Assembly (NCBI GenBank): GCA_041159205.1
Contig: JBEAZY010000178.1
Location: 1-58,443, forward strand
DNA from: Pseudomonadota bacterium
GTDB taxonomy: Bacteria; Pseudomonadota; Gammaproteobacteria; Burkholderiales; Burkholderiaceae_C
Direction: 5' to 3'
DNA length: 58,443 bases
Each line of letters begins with the position of its first letter. The stretch's first letter is position 1. Of this stretch, positions 31,201 to 40,356 are shown one piece after another. The notes beneath the pieces were generated by a model, which worked only from the letters and a program-made list of their open reading frames with translations, did no database searches and had not been told where the DNA came from. The position numbers and the translations under genes were made by a program.

Positions 31201-31785
31201 CTGCTGACCCAGTACCAAAACGCCGCCTACGCACGCCAATACAGCGACTTTGTCGAGCGGGTGCGGCTGGCGGAAGACCAGGCGCTGCCCGGTCAGGACA
31301 GCCTGACCCGCGCCGTCGCCCAGGGTCTGTACAAGCTGATGGCGTACAAAGACGAGTACGAGGTGGCGCGCCTGCACACCGATGCCGGGTTTTTGCGTGA
31401 AATTGCCGAGCGCTTTGAAGGCGACTATCAACTGCAATACCATCTGGCCCCGCCCCTGCTGGCCAAACGCAATGACAAGGGTGAGCTGCAAAAGCAAGCC
31501 TATGGCCCGTGGATGCTGAGTGCCTTCAAGGTGCTGGCCCGTTTGAAGTTTTTGCGTGGCAGCGCGCTGGACCCGTTCGGCCACACCGAGGAGCGTCGGA
31601 CCGAACGCGCCCTGATCGGGCAATACCGGGCGGGCATAGAGTCGCTGCTGAACACCCTGGGTCCCGAGACCCGGGAGCGGGCGCTGGAAGTGGCCCGCTG
31701 GCCCGAGAGCATCAAGGGCTATGGCCATGTGAAAGAACGCCATCTGGCCAAGGCGCAGGCGCAGTGGGCGCAGTGGATGAAATGA
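28285..31785 (+). CDS. Indolepyruvate:ferredoxin oxidoreductase family protein (fused subunits)
   Basis: SGYRGSPLG, WYGKGPGVDR, FCSGCPHN, GDGTYFHSG, NDAVAMTGGQ, CEGCGDC, GVGGTG, AYKDEYEVARL; AGGAG RBS. Confidence 0.93.
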   Translation: MNAPLPEHIRRALDTVTLDDKYALDHGRAFMSGVQALVKLPMLQRQRDAMAGKNTAGFISGYRGSPLGGYDQALWRAKKYLQAQHIVFQPGVNEELAATALWGTQQLGFAPPGSNRFDGVFGIWYGKGPGVDRCSDVFKHANMAGTTPWGGVLAVAGDDHVAKSSTAAHQSDQVFMACNTPVFFPASVQDILDHGLHAIALSRYAGLWAGMKTIQEIVESSATATIDPGRVQVVLPPLDLPPGGLHIRWPDEALPQEARLFQHKWPAVLAYLRANRLNLDIIRGPQDRFGLIASGKAYNDTRQALSDLGLDEASCQRLGIRLHKVGVVWPLESEGLQDFARGLREILVVEEKRPVIEPQIKEQLYHWPDGQRPEVYGKYDNPQGTGGFLLRPNHELNPALIARAIARRLLALGVDADTRAHIEARLALLDAKERSLQTQHVQADRLPWFCSGCPHNTSTRVPEGSRAMAGIGCHFMSLWMDRSTTGFTQMGGEGVPWVGQQPFTHDPHIFANIGDGTYFHSGLLAVRQSVAAGVNITYKILYNDAVAMTGGQPVGERPEGHTPVQIAQSMLAEGARRVTVVTDEPEKYEGVAGLPAGVAVEHRDRLDAIQREMREIKGCTVIIYDQTCATEKRRRRKRGTMVDPALRVLINPAVCEGCGDCSDQSNCISIEPLETELGRKRAVNQSTCNKDTSCLKGFCPSFVSVQGGQLKKATARATPLPQGSLPEPQGAGLRGPWGIVVAGVGGTGVITIGQLLGMAAHIDGVGVVTQDSAGLAQKGGATWAHVVLAPSQEDINTTRVGMAGADLVLGCDPIVTAGKETLQRMMGGRTHVALNGHSTPTAAFVKDGGWRDPSNDCVTDIATTIDATAHPGLLGVFDANLVANQLLGDSIFINPMVLGYAWQKGWIPLSLESLLRAIELNEVQVDKNKAAFEWGRHCAHDWGVVQALLQPAQVVTLHRPQKLTELIARRVDLLTQYQNAAYARQYSDFVERVRLAEDQALPGQDSLTRAVAQGLYKLMAYKDEYEVARLHTDAGFLREIAERFEGDYQLQYHLAPPLLAKRNDKGELQKQAYGPWMLSAFKVLARLKFLRGSALDPFGHTEERRTERALIGQYRAGIESLLNTLGPETRERALEVARWPESIKGYGHVKERHLAKAQAQWAQWMK

Positions 31786-31842
31786 GTTTTGATATGCGCT
31801 GCAGCTGAGGCGGGGCGCAGCGCGTGGCCTCACATTTCGCCA

Positions 31843-31996
31843 GGGAAGGCCTGCATTTACCAGGTTGCCTTCGGCTTCAAGTTTAGCAAGGCGCCTGGCG
31901 TCTTGTCCATGAATGTCAATCAGCACATGCTGATGTCTGGGGGCTGACTTCAGCCCCCCCCAGGGCACGGGCCTGGCGAGTTTTGCAGGACTTCCC
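31843..31996. mobile_element. MITE-like / internally deleted IS5-like element (154 bp)
   Basis: Left end GGGAAGGCCTGCA vs reverse complement of right end GGGAAGTCCTGCA (12/13); internal hairpin 31939-31958; no transposase. Confidence 0.55.
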
Positions 31997-32002
31997 ATGC
32001 AC

Positions 32003-32034
32003 AAAAAAGCCCCCCGTGGGTGTGGGGGGCTTTT
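32003..32034. terminator. Rho-independent terminator (likely bidirectional) after secF
   Basis: AAAAGCCCCCC-N8-GGGGGGCTTTT, 11-bp stem with A and T tracts. Confidence 0.88.
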
Positions 32035-32065
32035 GTGTCGGATGAACGGTCTAAATGGTCTGGTC

Positions 32066-33016
32066 TTAGACGACCGCCCCTGCGTTGGGATCGTTGGGGT
32101 CATCGCCGCGCTTGGGCCCTTTGATCAGGTCTTCGCGTTTGATGCCCAGCCACATGGCGATGGCGGCGGCGACAAACACCGATGAGTAGATGCCGAACAG
32201 GATGCCGATGGTGAGGGCCAATGCGAAGTAATGCAGTGTGGCGCCGCCAAAGATCAGCATGGACAAGACCATCAATTGCGTGGAGCCATGGGTGATGATG
32301 GTTCGGCTGATGGTAGAGGTGATGGCGTTGTCGATGATCTCGACCGTGCTCATTTTGCGGTAGCGTCGAAAGTTCTCGCGGATCCGGTCAAATATGACCA
32401 CCGACTCGTTGACCGAGTAGCCCAGCACGGCCAGCACGGCCGCCAGAACCGGCAATGAGAATTCCCACTGGAAAAAGGCGAAGAAGCCCAGGATGATGAT
32501 GACGTCGTGCAGGTTGGCCAGGATGGCGGCGACCGAGTATTTCCACTCGAATCGAAACGCCAGATAGACCATGATGCCCACGATCACAAAAGCCAGCGCC
32601 AGCAGCCCGTCGGTGGCCAGTTCGTCGCCAACCTGGGGGCCGACATATTCGCTGCGGCGCAATTCGACGGAAGAATCTACTTCCTTCAAGGCGGCCATGA
32701 CCTGTTCGGTCTGTTGGGACGAGGTCACGCCCTTGATGGCCGGCATGCGGATCAGCACATCGCGCGCGCTGCCAAAGTTTTGCACCTGGACGTCGGCCAG
32801 ACCGAGTTTGGCGATCTGGGCCCGGGCTTTTTCGAGATCGGCGCTTTGGGCATAGGCCACTTCGACCAGGGTGCCGCCGGTGAACTCGACCGACAAGTGC
32901 AAGCCACGCGAGAACAGGAAAAAGACCGCCGCCAAAAAAGTGATGAGCGAGATCGCGTTGAACACCAGGGCGTGGCGCATGAACGGGATGTCGCGTTTGA
33001 TTCTGAAAAATTCCAT
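32066..33016 (-). CDS. secF: Protein translocase subunit SecF
   Basis: EFTGGT, VGPQVGDEL, RFEWKY, HDVII, GYSVNESVVIFDRIRE. Confidence 0.97.
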   Translation of the reverse strand: MEFFRIKRDIPFMRHALVFNAISLITFLAAVFFLFSRGLHLSVEFTGGTLVEVAYAQSADLEKARAQIAKLGLADVQVQNFGSARDVLIRMPAIKGVTSSQQTEQVMAALKEVDSSVELRRSEYVGPQVGDELATDGLLALAFVIVGIMVYLAFRFEWKYSVAAILANLHDVIIILGFFAFFQWEFSLPVLAAVLAVLGYSVNESVVIFDRIRENFRRYRKMSTVEIIDNAITSTISRTIITHGSTQLMVLSMLIFGGATLHYFALALTIGILFGIYSSVFVAAAIAMWLGIKREDLIKGPKRGDDPNDPNAGAVV

Positions 33017-33029
33017 GCTGTCAGCCCCT

Positions 33030-34919
33030 TCAGTCTGCGCTCAAGTCGCGCGTCGTGTTGGCAGCACCCGGGCGCCAAACCGTGCCGATGGAGACGGATT
33101 TGAGTTTCTTTTGTCGGCCATACCAGAGATTGACCAGACCACGCGAGAAAAACACCGCCGAGAACATGCTGGTCACGATGCCGATGCAATGCACCACGGC
33201 AAAGCCGCGCACCGGGCCCGAGCCGAAGGCCAGCAAGGCCAGACCGGCAATGAGGGTGGTGACGTTGGAGTCGAGGATGGTGGCCCAGGCCCGGTCGTAG
33301 CCGGCATGTATGGCGGCCTGGGGCGAAGCGCCGAGGCGCAACTCTTCCCGCACCCGCTCATTGATCAGCACGTTGGCATCGATGGCCATGCCCAACACCA
33401 AGGCCATGGCGGCCATGCCGGGCAAGGTCAGGGTGGCTTGAAGCATGGACAAAATGGCCACCAGGAGCAAGAGGTTGACGCCCAGCGCGATGCTGGAGAA
33501 GACGCCGAACAGCATGTAGTAAATGCACATGAAGACGGCCACGGCCACAAAGCCCCAGGTGACGCTGTTGAAGCCTTTGGCGATGTTCTCGGCACCCAGG
33601 CTGGGACCTATGGTGCGCTCTTCAATGATTTCCATGGGCGCGGCCAGCGAACCAGCGCGCAGCAACAAGGCCACATCATTGGCCTCGACGGTGGTCATGC
33701 GGCCAGAGATCTGTACCCGGCCTCCGCCGATTTCCGAGCGGATGACGGGGGCGGTGACGATTTCGCCCCGCCCTTTTTCGAAGAGCAATATGGCCATGCG
33801 TTTGCCGACGTTGTCGCGCGTGACATCGCGAAAGATGCGCGCGCCTTTGCCGTCGAGCGTGAGGTTGACCACGGGCTCTTGCGTCTGGTTGTCAAAGCCG
33901 GGTTGGGCATCGGTGAGGTTTTCGCCCGTCAGGATGACTTGTTTCTTGACCACCAGGGCTTGCCCGTTGCGCTCGTTGAATTTTTCGCTGCCAAAGGGAA
34001 CCGGGCCGCTGCCGAGTTCTGCCCCCCGGGCTTCGGAGGACTCGTCGACCATGCGCACTTCCAAAGTGGCGGTGCGCCCCAGGATGTCTTTGGCCTTGGC
34101 GGTGTCTTGCACCCCGGGCAACTGAACCACGATCCGGTCCAGGCCTTGTTGCTGGATGACCGGTTCGGCCACGCCCAGTTCATTGATGCGGTTGTGCAGG
34201 GTTGTGATGTTTTGCTTCAGGGCCTGTTCCTGCACGCGGCGTGCGGCCTCGGGCTTGAGGCGCAGGGTCAGGACCGCATCGGTGCCAATCGACTGTTCGG
34301 TGACCAACAGGTCAGGGAAGCGGTCGGTCAGCAAGCGTTGTATGGCAGGCATGGCGCTGGCGTCGCGCACACGCAGCTCGATGGCGGCACCCTGGCGGCT
34401 GATGCCCCCGTGGCGCAGGTTCTGGTCACGCAATTGGGTGCGCAAATCTCCGGCCAGGGCTTCAGCACGCTGGGTGAGGGCGGCGGGCATGTCGACCTGC
34501 AGCATGAAATGCACACCGCCGCGCAAGTCGAGGCCGAGGTACATGGGCACGGCGTTCAAACTGGCCAGCCATTGAGGTGAGCCCGAAACCAGATTGAGGG
34601 CCACCACAAAAGACGGGTTGGCGGGGTCGGGGTTGAGCGTGCGCTGCACCACATCTTTGGCCTTGAGCTGCCAATCGGTGTTGGTGAAACGCAGTTTCAG
34701 GGTGAGCGGCTCGAGAGTGCTGGCGACCAGGGGAATTTCGGCAGCCCGCAAAGCCTCTTCCACGCGGGACTGCACCCCGGCGTCGATCTTGACGCTGGTT
34801 TTGGCGGGTGAGATCTGAACCGCTGGCGATTCACCAAACAGGTTGGGCAAGGCATAAAGGGCGCCCAAGAGCAGGGCCACCCCGATCAGGATGTACTTCC
34901 AAAGAGGATAGCGGTTCAT
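33030..34919 (-). CDS. secD: Protein translocase subunit SecD
   Basis: MNRYPLWKY, LGLDLRGGVHF, RINELGVAEP, TIGPSLG, GMAIDANVLINERVRE. Confidence 0.97.
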   Translation of the reverse strand: MNRYPLWKYILIGVALLLGALYALPNLFGESPAVQISPAKTSVKIDAGVQSRVEEALRAAEIPLVASTLEPLTLKLRFTNTDWQLKAKDVVQRTLNPDPANPSFVVALNLVSGSPQWLASLNAVPMYLGLDLRGGVHFMLQVDMPAALTQRAEALAGDLRTQLRDQNLRHGGISRQGAAIELRVRDASAMPAIQRLLTDRFPDLLVTEQSIGTDAVLTLRLKPEAARRVQEQALKQNITTLHNRINELGVAEPVIQQQGLDRIVVQLPGVQDTAKAKDILGRTATLEVRMVDESSEARGAELGSGPVPFGSEKFNERNGQALVVKKQVILTGENLTDAQPGFDNQTQEPVVNLTLDGKGARIFRDVTRDNVGKRMAILLFEKGRGEIVTAPVIRSEIGGGRVQISGRMTTVEANDVALLLRAGSLAAPMEIIEERTIGPSLGAENIAKGFNSVTWGFVAVAVFMCIYYMLFGVFSSIALGVNLLLLVAILSMLQATLTLPGMAAMALVLGMAIDANVLINERVREELRLGASPQAAIHAGYDRAWATILDSNVTTLIAGLALLAFGSGPVRGFAVVHCIGIVTSMFSAVFFSRGLVNLWYGRQKKLKSVSIGTVWRPGAANTTRDLSAD

Positions 34920-35248
34920 GCCGATTTCAGACTGCCTTTGGGCAATACCTGCACCACGGCAGAGCGCTGCACTTCCACTTCGACGCCTTCGGCCACTTGC
35001 AAGCCCAGGGAATGGTCACCAACGCGGGTGATGCGGCCCAGCAAACCACCGGCGGTGGCGACTTCATCGCCTTTGGCCAGGGCATCGATCATGGCCCGAT
35101 GTTCTTTCTGGCGCTTCATTTGCGGCCGGATCATGACAAAGTAGAGCACCACGAACATCAACACCAGGGGCAGCATGCCCATGAGAGAAGAGCCCAGGTC
35201 GCCACCGGCCGCCGAAGCGGTTTGGGCAAAAGCGTTAGAAATCAGCAC
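34916..35248 (-). CDS. yajC: Preprotein translocase subunit YajC
   Basis: YFVMIRPQMKRQKEH, LAKGDEVATAGG; GTG start. Confidence 0.95.
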   Translation of the reverse strand: MLISNAFAQTASAAGGDLGSSLMGMLPLVLMFVVLYFVMIRPQMKRQKEHRAMIDALAKGDEVATAGGLLGRITRVGDHSLGLQVAEGVEVEVQRSAVVQVLPKGSLKSA

Positions 35249-35390
35249 AAGTACACCTCTGTCTAATAAGATGGTTGATCAAAGCAATCGTCTATTGTAG
35301 GGTCAGTCGACCCCGGCGCGGCCCTGCCCCGTCTGGCATTGGGGGCTTCACCCCCTTGGGCCGGGGCCGGATTCCCATTACCATCTGCGC

Positions 35391-36062
35391 ATGTCACACC
35401 CGCCGTCAGACCATGCCCACCCCCATGACCATGGCCATGGCCACGACCACTCGCACCTGGACCCCATGGAAGTGCGGGTGCGGGCCCTGCACAGTCTGTT
35501 GACCCAGAAGGGGTATGTCGAGGCGGAAACGATAGACCGCATCATCGAGACCTACGAAACCGAGGTGGGGCCACACAACGGCGCCCGGGTGGTGGCGCGC
35601 GCCTGGACCGATGCGGCCTATAGAGAGTGGCTGGCCCGAGACGCCACCGCTGCCATCGCCGAGATGGGGTACAGCGGGCGCCAGGGCGAACACATGGTGG
35701 CTTTGTTCAACGACGAGTCGGTTCATCACATGGTGGTCTGTACCCTGTGCAGTTGCTACCCCTGGCCGGTCTTGGGTCTGCCCCCTGTTTGGTACAAAAG
35801 CGCCCCTTATCGCAGCCAGGTGGTGATGCAACCCCGGGCCGTGCTGGCGCAGTTCGGGGTCAGCCTGCCCGATGCGGTGCGGGTTCAGGTCTGGGATTCA
35901 ACCGCCGAGGTGCGTTATCTGGTCATTCCACGGCGCCCCGAGGGCAGCGAGCACTTGTCGGCGGACGAATTGGCCGCTTTGGTGACCCGGGACAGCATGA
36001 TAGGCACCGGGCTGGCTTTGCCGGTGTCCGGCCAGTCGAACCCGGCGGGGAAGGCCGCATGA
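35391..36062 (+). CDS. nthA: Nitrile hydratase alpha subunit, cobalt type
   Basis: Metal-binding motif VCTLCSCY (Thr form typical of Co enzymes); GARVVARAW, WYKS..YR, WDSTAEVRY, VTRDSMIG; His-rich N-terminus. Confidence 0.95.
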   Translation: MSHPPSDHAHPHDHGHGHDHSHLDPMEVRVRALHSLLTQKGYVEAETIDRIIETYETEVGPHNGARVVARAWTDAAYREWLARDATAAIAEMGYSGRQGEHMVALFNDESVHHMVVCTLCSCYPWPVLGLPPVWYKSAPYRSQVVMQPRAVLAQFGVSLPDAVRVQVWDSTAEVRYLVIPRRPEGSEHLSADELAALVTRDSMIGTGLALPVSGQSNPAGKAA

Positions 36063-36739
36063 ACGGGGTCCATGATTTGGGTGGGGGCCAGGGCTTTGGT
36101 CTGGTGCGGCCCGAGCCCGACGAGCCCTTGTTCCACGCCCCCTGGGAACGCCAGGCCATGGCTCTGACGGTGGCCATGGGTGCCACGGGCCTGTGGAACA
36201 TCGACCAGATGCGCAGAGCGCGTGAGTCTTTGCCCCCCGCCCAGTACCTGGGCCTGAGCTATTACCAGATCTGGGTTCAGGCGCTGAGCGACATGATGCT
36301 GGCGCGGGGCCTGGTCAGTGCGCATGAATTGCGCACCGGACAGATGAGCCAGCCTGCCACACCCGGGGTGCGCGCCTTGGCCAGATCGGCCGTTGACGCG
36401 GCACTGAAGCGGGGCAGCCCGGCCAACCGCCCCCCCAAAGCGCCTGCCCTGTTCGGGCCCGGACAGCAGGTGCGGGCGAAACAAATGCACCCGGCGGGGC
36501 ACACCCGCTTGCCGCGCTATGTGCGCGGGCACCTGGGCATCGTTCAGTCGGTGCAGGGCTGCCATGTGTGGCCCGACCACTCTGCGCAAAACCGGCATCA
36601 GGCACCGCCGCCAGGCCACGACAGGGCGCAGTGGCTGTATAGCGTGCGCTTTGAAGGCGGCGACTTGTGGGGGCCCCAGGCCGAGCCGGGACTGAGCGTG
36701 TGCGTCGACGCCTTTGAGTCTTATCTGGAGCCGGTATGA
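36059..36739 (+). CDS. nthB: Nitrile hydratase beta subunit
   Basis: MNGVHDLGG, FHAPWE, YYQIW, GHTRLPRYVRG, LYSVRF, ESYLEP; ATGA overlap with the alpha gene. Confidence 0.93.
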   Translation: MNGVHDLGGGQGFGLVRPEPDEPLFHAPWERQAMALTVAMGATGLWNIDQMRRARESLPPAQYLGLSYYQIWVQALSDMMLARGLVSAHELRTGQMSQPATPGVRALARSAVDAALKRGSPANRPPKAPALFGPGQQVRAKQMHPAGHTRLPRYVRGHLGIVQSVQGCHVWPDHSAQNRHQAPPPGHDRAQWLYSVRFEGGDLWGPQAEPGLSVCVDAFESYLEPV

Positions 36740-37113
36740 GCGCGGTTTCTGACCCCAGGGCCACCTTGGCCGAGATCGCCGCCCAATGCGGTGGCGACTT
36801 CGTGGCGCCGACCCGGGCGTCGGATCAGGGCGTGTTTGAACAGCCCTGGCAAGCCACGGCATTTGCCCTGACCGTCGCCTTGCATCAAAAAGGTTTGTTC
36901 AGTTGGCCGGATTGGGCCGCCACCCTGAGTCGGCATATTGCCAGCGCAGGCGCAGACGATGATGGCCACGACTACTACGCCCATTGGCTGGCGGCGCTGG
37001 AGGAAATGATCGAGCGTTGCCACTTGGGTCAGGCCGGCGAGCTGGCCCGGCTGAGGCAAGCCTGGGAAGCGGCGGCCGAGCGAACGCCGCACGGTCAAGC
37101 CATCGAGCTATAA
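36736..37113 (+). CDS. Nitrile hydratase accessory (cobalt-insertion/activator) protein
   Basis: VFEQPWQATAFA, LFSWPDW, YYAHWLAALE, RTPHGQAIEL; ATGA overlap with the beta gene. Confidence 0.88.
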   Translation: MSAVSDPRATLAEIAAQCGGDFVAPTRASDQGVFEQPWQATAFALTVALHQKGLFSWPDWAATLSRHIASAGADDDGHDYYAHWLAALEEMIERCHLGQAGELARLRQAWEAAAERTPHGQAIEL

Positions 37114-37123
37114 AGGGCAGGGG

Positions 37124-37612
37124 TCAGTGGGCCACCCGCTGGGGGTCGTCGCACAATTCATCGAGCACCAGGGCGTCTGGCTCGACGCCTTTGCTCCAGT
37201 ACACCATGAGGACAATGATCTTCAGGTCGTCGAGGGCCATGGGCCGTCCGCCCAGGACCATGGCGCGGTCAATCACGATTTCGCGCATCTGCGGCGGCAG
37301 CACGCCGGCCGATTCGAGAAAGCTGATGAAGCCCAGGCATTCGGCACCCAGGTGGTCTTGTTCGGCCACCGAATAAACGCGCAGGCTGTGCGCTGAGGGG
37401 GCGTGCGACTCTGGGGTGAGCGCGGCGTTGGAGATGTCGATGGGCTCGGACTGGTGAGACACCAGATTCAGACCGGCCAGCCATTGCAGGGCCTGTTCGA
37501 TTTCGTCGGACTCAAAACCGGCGGCTGAGAGTTTTCGGCCCAACTGATCGAGTTGAGGGCAAGCCTCGACAGACCAGAAGTTTTCGTACACGTAGACCAA
37601 GACTTCGAACAT
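37124..37612 (-). CDS. smg: Smg (DUF494) protein
   Basis: MFEVLVYVYEN, LSAAGF, LRVYS..E, REIVIDRAM, LKIIVLMVYW; downstream of dprA. Confidence 0.9.
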   Translation of the reverse strand: MFEVLVYVYENFWSVEACPQLDQLGRKLSAAGFESDEIEQALQWLAGLNLVSHQSEPIDISNAALTPESHAPSAHSLRVYSVAEQDHLGAECLGFISFLESAGVLPPQMREIVIDRAMVLGGRPMALDDLKIIVLMVYWSKGVEPDALVLDELCDDPQRVAH

Positions 37613-37652
37613 GAGCCCCAATATAACCTGTTTTGAGGCGCATGTGTCAAGT

Positions 37653-38783
37653 TCAGTCGCCCAGCCATTGCACCCGGTCACCCGCCAGGCGGGCCAGCCG
37701 GCCTTGCATTTCAAGCGTCAGCAAGCGGGCCTGCAGGGTGCCCATGTCCAGCCCCAGACGTCGCTGCAACTCATCGACCGCTACGGGGTCATGCGCCAAG
37801 GCCCGGCGCAGGGCCAAGGCATCGGGGTCGTCGGGCGCCGCGACGGGGCAAGGGGTGGAAGGTACGGGCACCAACGGCATGCGCACGGGCAAGGCGGCCA
37901 ACACATCTTCGACCTGCTCGACCAGTGTGGCCCCCTGCCGCAACAGGGCATGGCACCCCCTGGAGAGCGGCGAGCGAACCGAACCCGGGACCGCCATGAC
38001 CTCTTTGCCTTGCTCGAGTGCGCACTGGGCACTGATGAGCGAGCCCGAACCGGTGCCGGCCTCGATCACCACCAAGCCGCTGGAGAGCGCCGAGACCAGG
38101 CGATTGCGCAGAGGGAAATGCGCCCTGCGGGCCGGGATGCCGGGCAGGAATTCGGTCACGCAACGCCCGCGCTCGCAGATGCGTGACTTGAGCGCCGCAT
38201 GAGACGGCGGATAGACCCGATCGGGGCCGGTGCCCATGACCGCCATCGTGAGGCAAGCCGATCGGGCCGACCGCAGGGCGCCCGCATGGGCAGCGGCATC
38301 AATGCCATGGGCCAGGCCGGAGACCACGCACCAACCTGCGTCGGCCAGGGCCTGGCCCCATTCGAGCGCCAGTGTCAGCCCTTGCGGTGTCGCGCCCCGG
38401 CTGCCAACCAGGGCCACGGACGGCGGCCAATCGACATCGGCCTCGTGTTGCGGCCCCGTCACAAACAGCAACAAAGGCGGATCGGGCAAATCGAGCAGGG
38501 CCTGCGGGTAATGGGCCTGCCCCCAGACCCGCACGCGATGGCTTTGCCCGTCGGGCGCACTGTCCAGCCATTGGCGCACGCGCGCCAGGGCATCGGTCAG
38601 GTCAGCCGGAAGGGCGCGCAAGGCCGACCAGAGCCGCGGGCCCAGTGCGTCGCGCAATATGCCGTCGCCGGCGTGCAGCGCTTGTTGGCAGCCGCCGAGG
38701 TGCTGAACCAGGGCTTTGGCCCGGCGCAGACCCAGGCCCGGGGTGAGTTGCAGGCGCAATGCCGCCTGCCATTCCTCTGTCAT
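37653..38783 (-). CDS. dprA: DNA-processing protein DprA
   Basis: [45 protein letters not shown]-terminal winged helix. Confidence 0.95.
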   Translation of the reverse strand: MTEEWQAALRLQLTPGLGLRRAKALVQHLGGCQQALHAGDGILRDALGPRLWSALRALPADLTDALARVRQWLDSAPDGQSHRVRVWGQAHYPQALLDLPDPPLLLFVTGPQHEADVDWPPSVALVGSRGATPQGLTLALEWGQALADAGWCVVSGLAHGIDAAAHAGALRSARSACLTMAVMGTGPDRVYPPSHAALKSRICERGRCVTEFLPGIPARRAHFPLRNRLVSALSSGLVVIEAGTGSGSLISAQCALEQGKEVMAVPGSVRSPLSRGCHALLRQGATLVEQVEDVLAALPVRMPLVPVPSTPCPVAAPDDPDALALRRALAHDPVAVDELQRRLGLDMGTLQARLLTLEMQGRLARLAGDRVQWLGD

Positions 38784-38874
38784 CGATTGCCCCCCTGAAA
38801 ATGCCCATCCTATGGGTGGGCACTGCCGGTCACGTGAGTTTCACCCACCGCCAAAACAGGGGACAATAGGGGGT

Positions 38875-39387
38875 ATGGCATTGCTCGATATCCTTTGTTA
38901 CCCCGACCCACGCCTGCACACGGTGGCTCAACCCGTGGCACACATCGATGACCGATTGCGCGCATTCATCGCCGACATGCTGGAGACGATGTACGAGGCC
39001 CACGGCATCGGCCTGGCCGCCACGCAGGTGAACTTTCACCAACGACTGATCGTGATTGACGTGTCTGAAGAGCGCAATCAGCCTCTGGTGTTGATCAACC
39101 CTGAATTGGTATGGCAAAGCGAGGATCGGCTGAAGGGCGAAGAAGGTTGCCTGTCGGTGCCGGGCATCTACGACGGGGTCGAGCGGGCGCGCGCCATTCG
39201 GGTGCAGGCGCTGGACGAACACGGGGCCAGCCGGACCCTGGAGGCCGAGGGGCTGCTCTCGGTGTGTATTCAGCACGAAATGGATCACTTGATGGGCAAG
39301 GTGTTTGTCGAGTACCTGTCTCTCTTCAAGCAGGGGCGCATCAAGACCAAATTGCTCAAGGCACAACGCGCGCAACAGCCGCGATGA
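38875..39387 (+). CDS. def: Peptide deformylase
   Basis: [20 protein letters not shown]. Confidence 0.97.
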   Translation: MALLDILCYPDPRLHTVAQPVAHIDDRLRAFIADMLETMYEAHGIGLAATQVNFHQRLIVIDVSEERNQPLVLINPELVWQSEDRLKGEEGCLSVPGIYDGVERARAIRVQALDEHGASRTLEAEGLLSVCIQHEMDHLMGKVFVEYLSLFKQGRIKTKLLKAQRAQQPR

Positions 39388-39396
39388 GGGTCGGCC

Positions 39397-40356
39397 ATGA
39401 AACTGGCTTTTGCGGGCACCCCTGAATTCGCGCGCGTGGCCCTGCAAGCCTTGTGTGAGGCGGGTCATGAAGTCAGCCTGGTGCTGACCCAACCCGATCG
39501 CCCGGCCGGCCGGGGCATGAAGCTGCAGGCCTCGCCCGTGAAAACGCTGGCCCAGACGCTGGGTTTGCCGCTGGCGCAACCGAGCAGCCTGCGGCTGGAT
39601 GGGCGGTTCCCCGATGACGCGCTGGCGGCCCAAGTGGCTTTGCGGGCCGCGCAGCCCGAGGCGATGATCGTCGCGGCCTATGGCCTGATTCTTCCGGCAT
39701 GGACGCTGGGTTTGCCGCTCCGGGGGTGTTTGAACATTCATGCCTCGCTCTTGCCCCGCTGGCGAGGTGCGGCACCGATCCACCGGGCGATTGAAGCGGG
39801 CGATACCCAGACCGGCGTGACCATCATGCAGATGGACGAGGGCCTGGATACCGGGCCGATGCTGCGCTGGCAAGCCCTGGACATCGGCGCGCAGGAAAGC
39901 ACCGGGCAGTTGCATGACCGGCTGGCCCGCCTGGGGGCGCAATTGATGGTGGATGTGTTGCGTGACTTGCCGAATCTGGCGGCCACGCCGCAAGCCGAAA
40001 GCGGCGTTTGCTATGCGGCCAAGATTGACAAGGCCGAATCGTGGCTGGACTGGCGGCTGGGGGCCACCGTATTGGCCCGACGCCTGCGGGCCTTTGACCC
40101 CTTCCCCGGCGGTTCGGCTCGGCTGGGCACGGAAGCGATCAAGGTGTGGTCGGCGCAGGCGCTGGATGCAAAGGCGGCGGCGGCGCCGGGCACTGTGGTG
40201 GCCATCGGCCCGCAGGGCATCGATGTGGCCACCGGCGAGGGCTTGCTGCGCCTGACCGAGTTGCAAAAGTCCGGTGGCAAGCGGCTGTCCGGGGCTGAGT
40301 TTTTGCGCGGCCATGCGCTGGCCGCGGGCGACTGTTTCGAGGGGTTTAAAGCATGA
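39397..40356 (+). CDS. fmt: Methionyl-tRNA formyltransferase
   Basis: [42 protein letters not shown]. Confidence 0.97.
   Translation: MKLAFAGTPEFARVALQALCEAGHEVSLVLTQPDRPAGRGMKLQASPVKTLAQTLGLPLAQPSSLRLDGRFPDDALAAQVALRAAQPEAMIVAAYGLILPAWTLGLPLRGCLNIHASLLPRWRGAAPIHRAIEAGDTQTGVTIMQMDEGLDTGPMLRWQALDIGAQESTGQLHDRLARLGAQLMVDVLRDLPNLAATPQAESGVCYAAKIDKAESWLDWRLGATVLARRLRAFDPFPGGSARLGTEAIKVWSAQALDAKAAAAPGTVVAIGPQGIDVATGEGLLRLTELQKSGGKRLSGAEFLRGHALAAGDCFEGFKA

Noticed and set aside
28777-34580. Long antisense ORFs (28777..30795, 30844..32103, 32871..34580) and similar ones elsewhere
   Set aside because: They lie opposite well-supported genes and have no recognisable motifs. Such shadow ORFs are expected in GC-rich DNA.
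35300-35390. GC-rich nested hairpins upstream of the nitrile hydratase as a cobalt or cobalamin riboswitch
   Set aside because: No NiCo or B12-box consensus is recognisable, and the likely -10 lies downstream of the hairpins, so they are probably not in the nthA transcript.
38784-38874. No LysM-domain gene between dprA and def
   Set aside because: It is a simple absence with no remnant visible, and cannot be interpreted without the rest of the genome.
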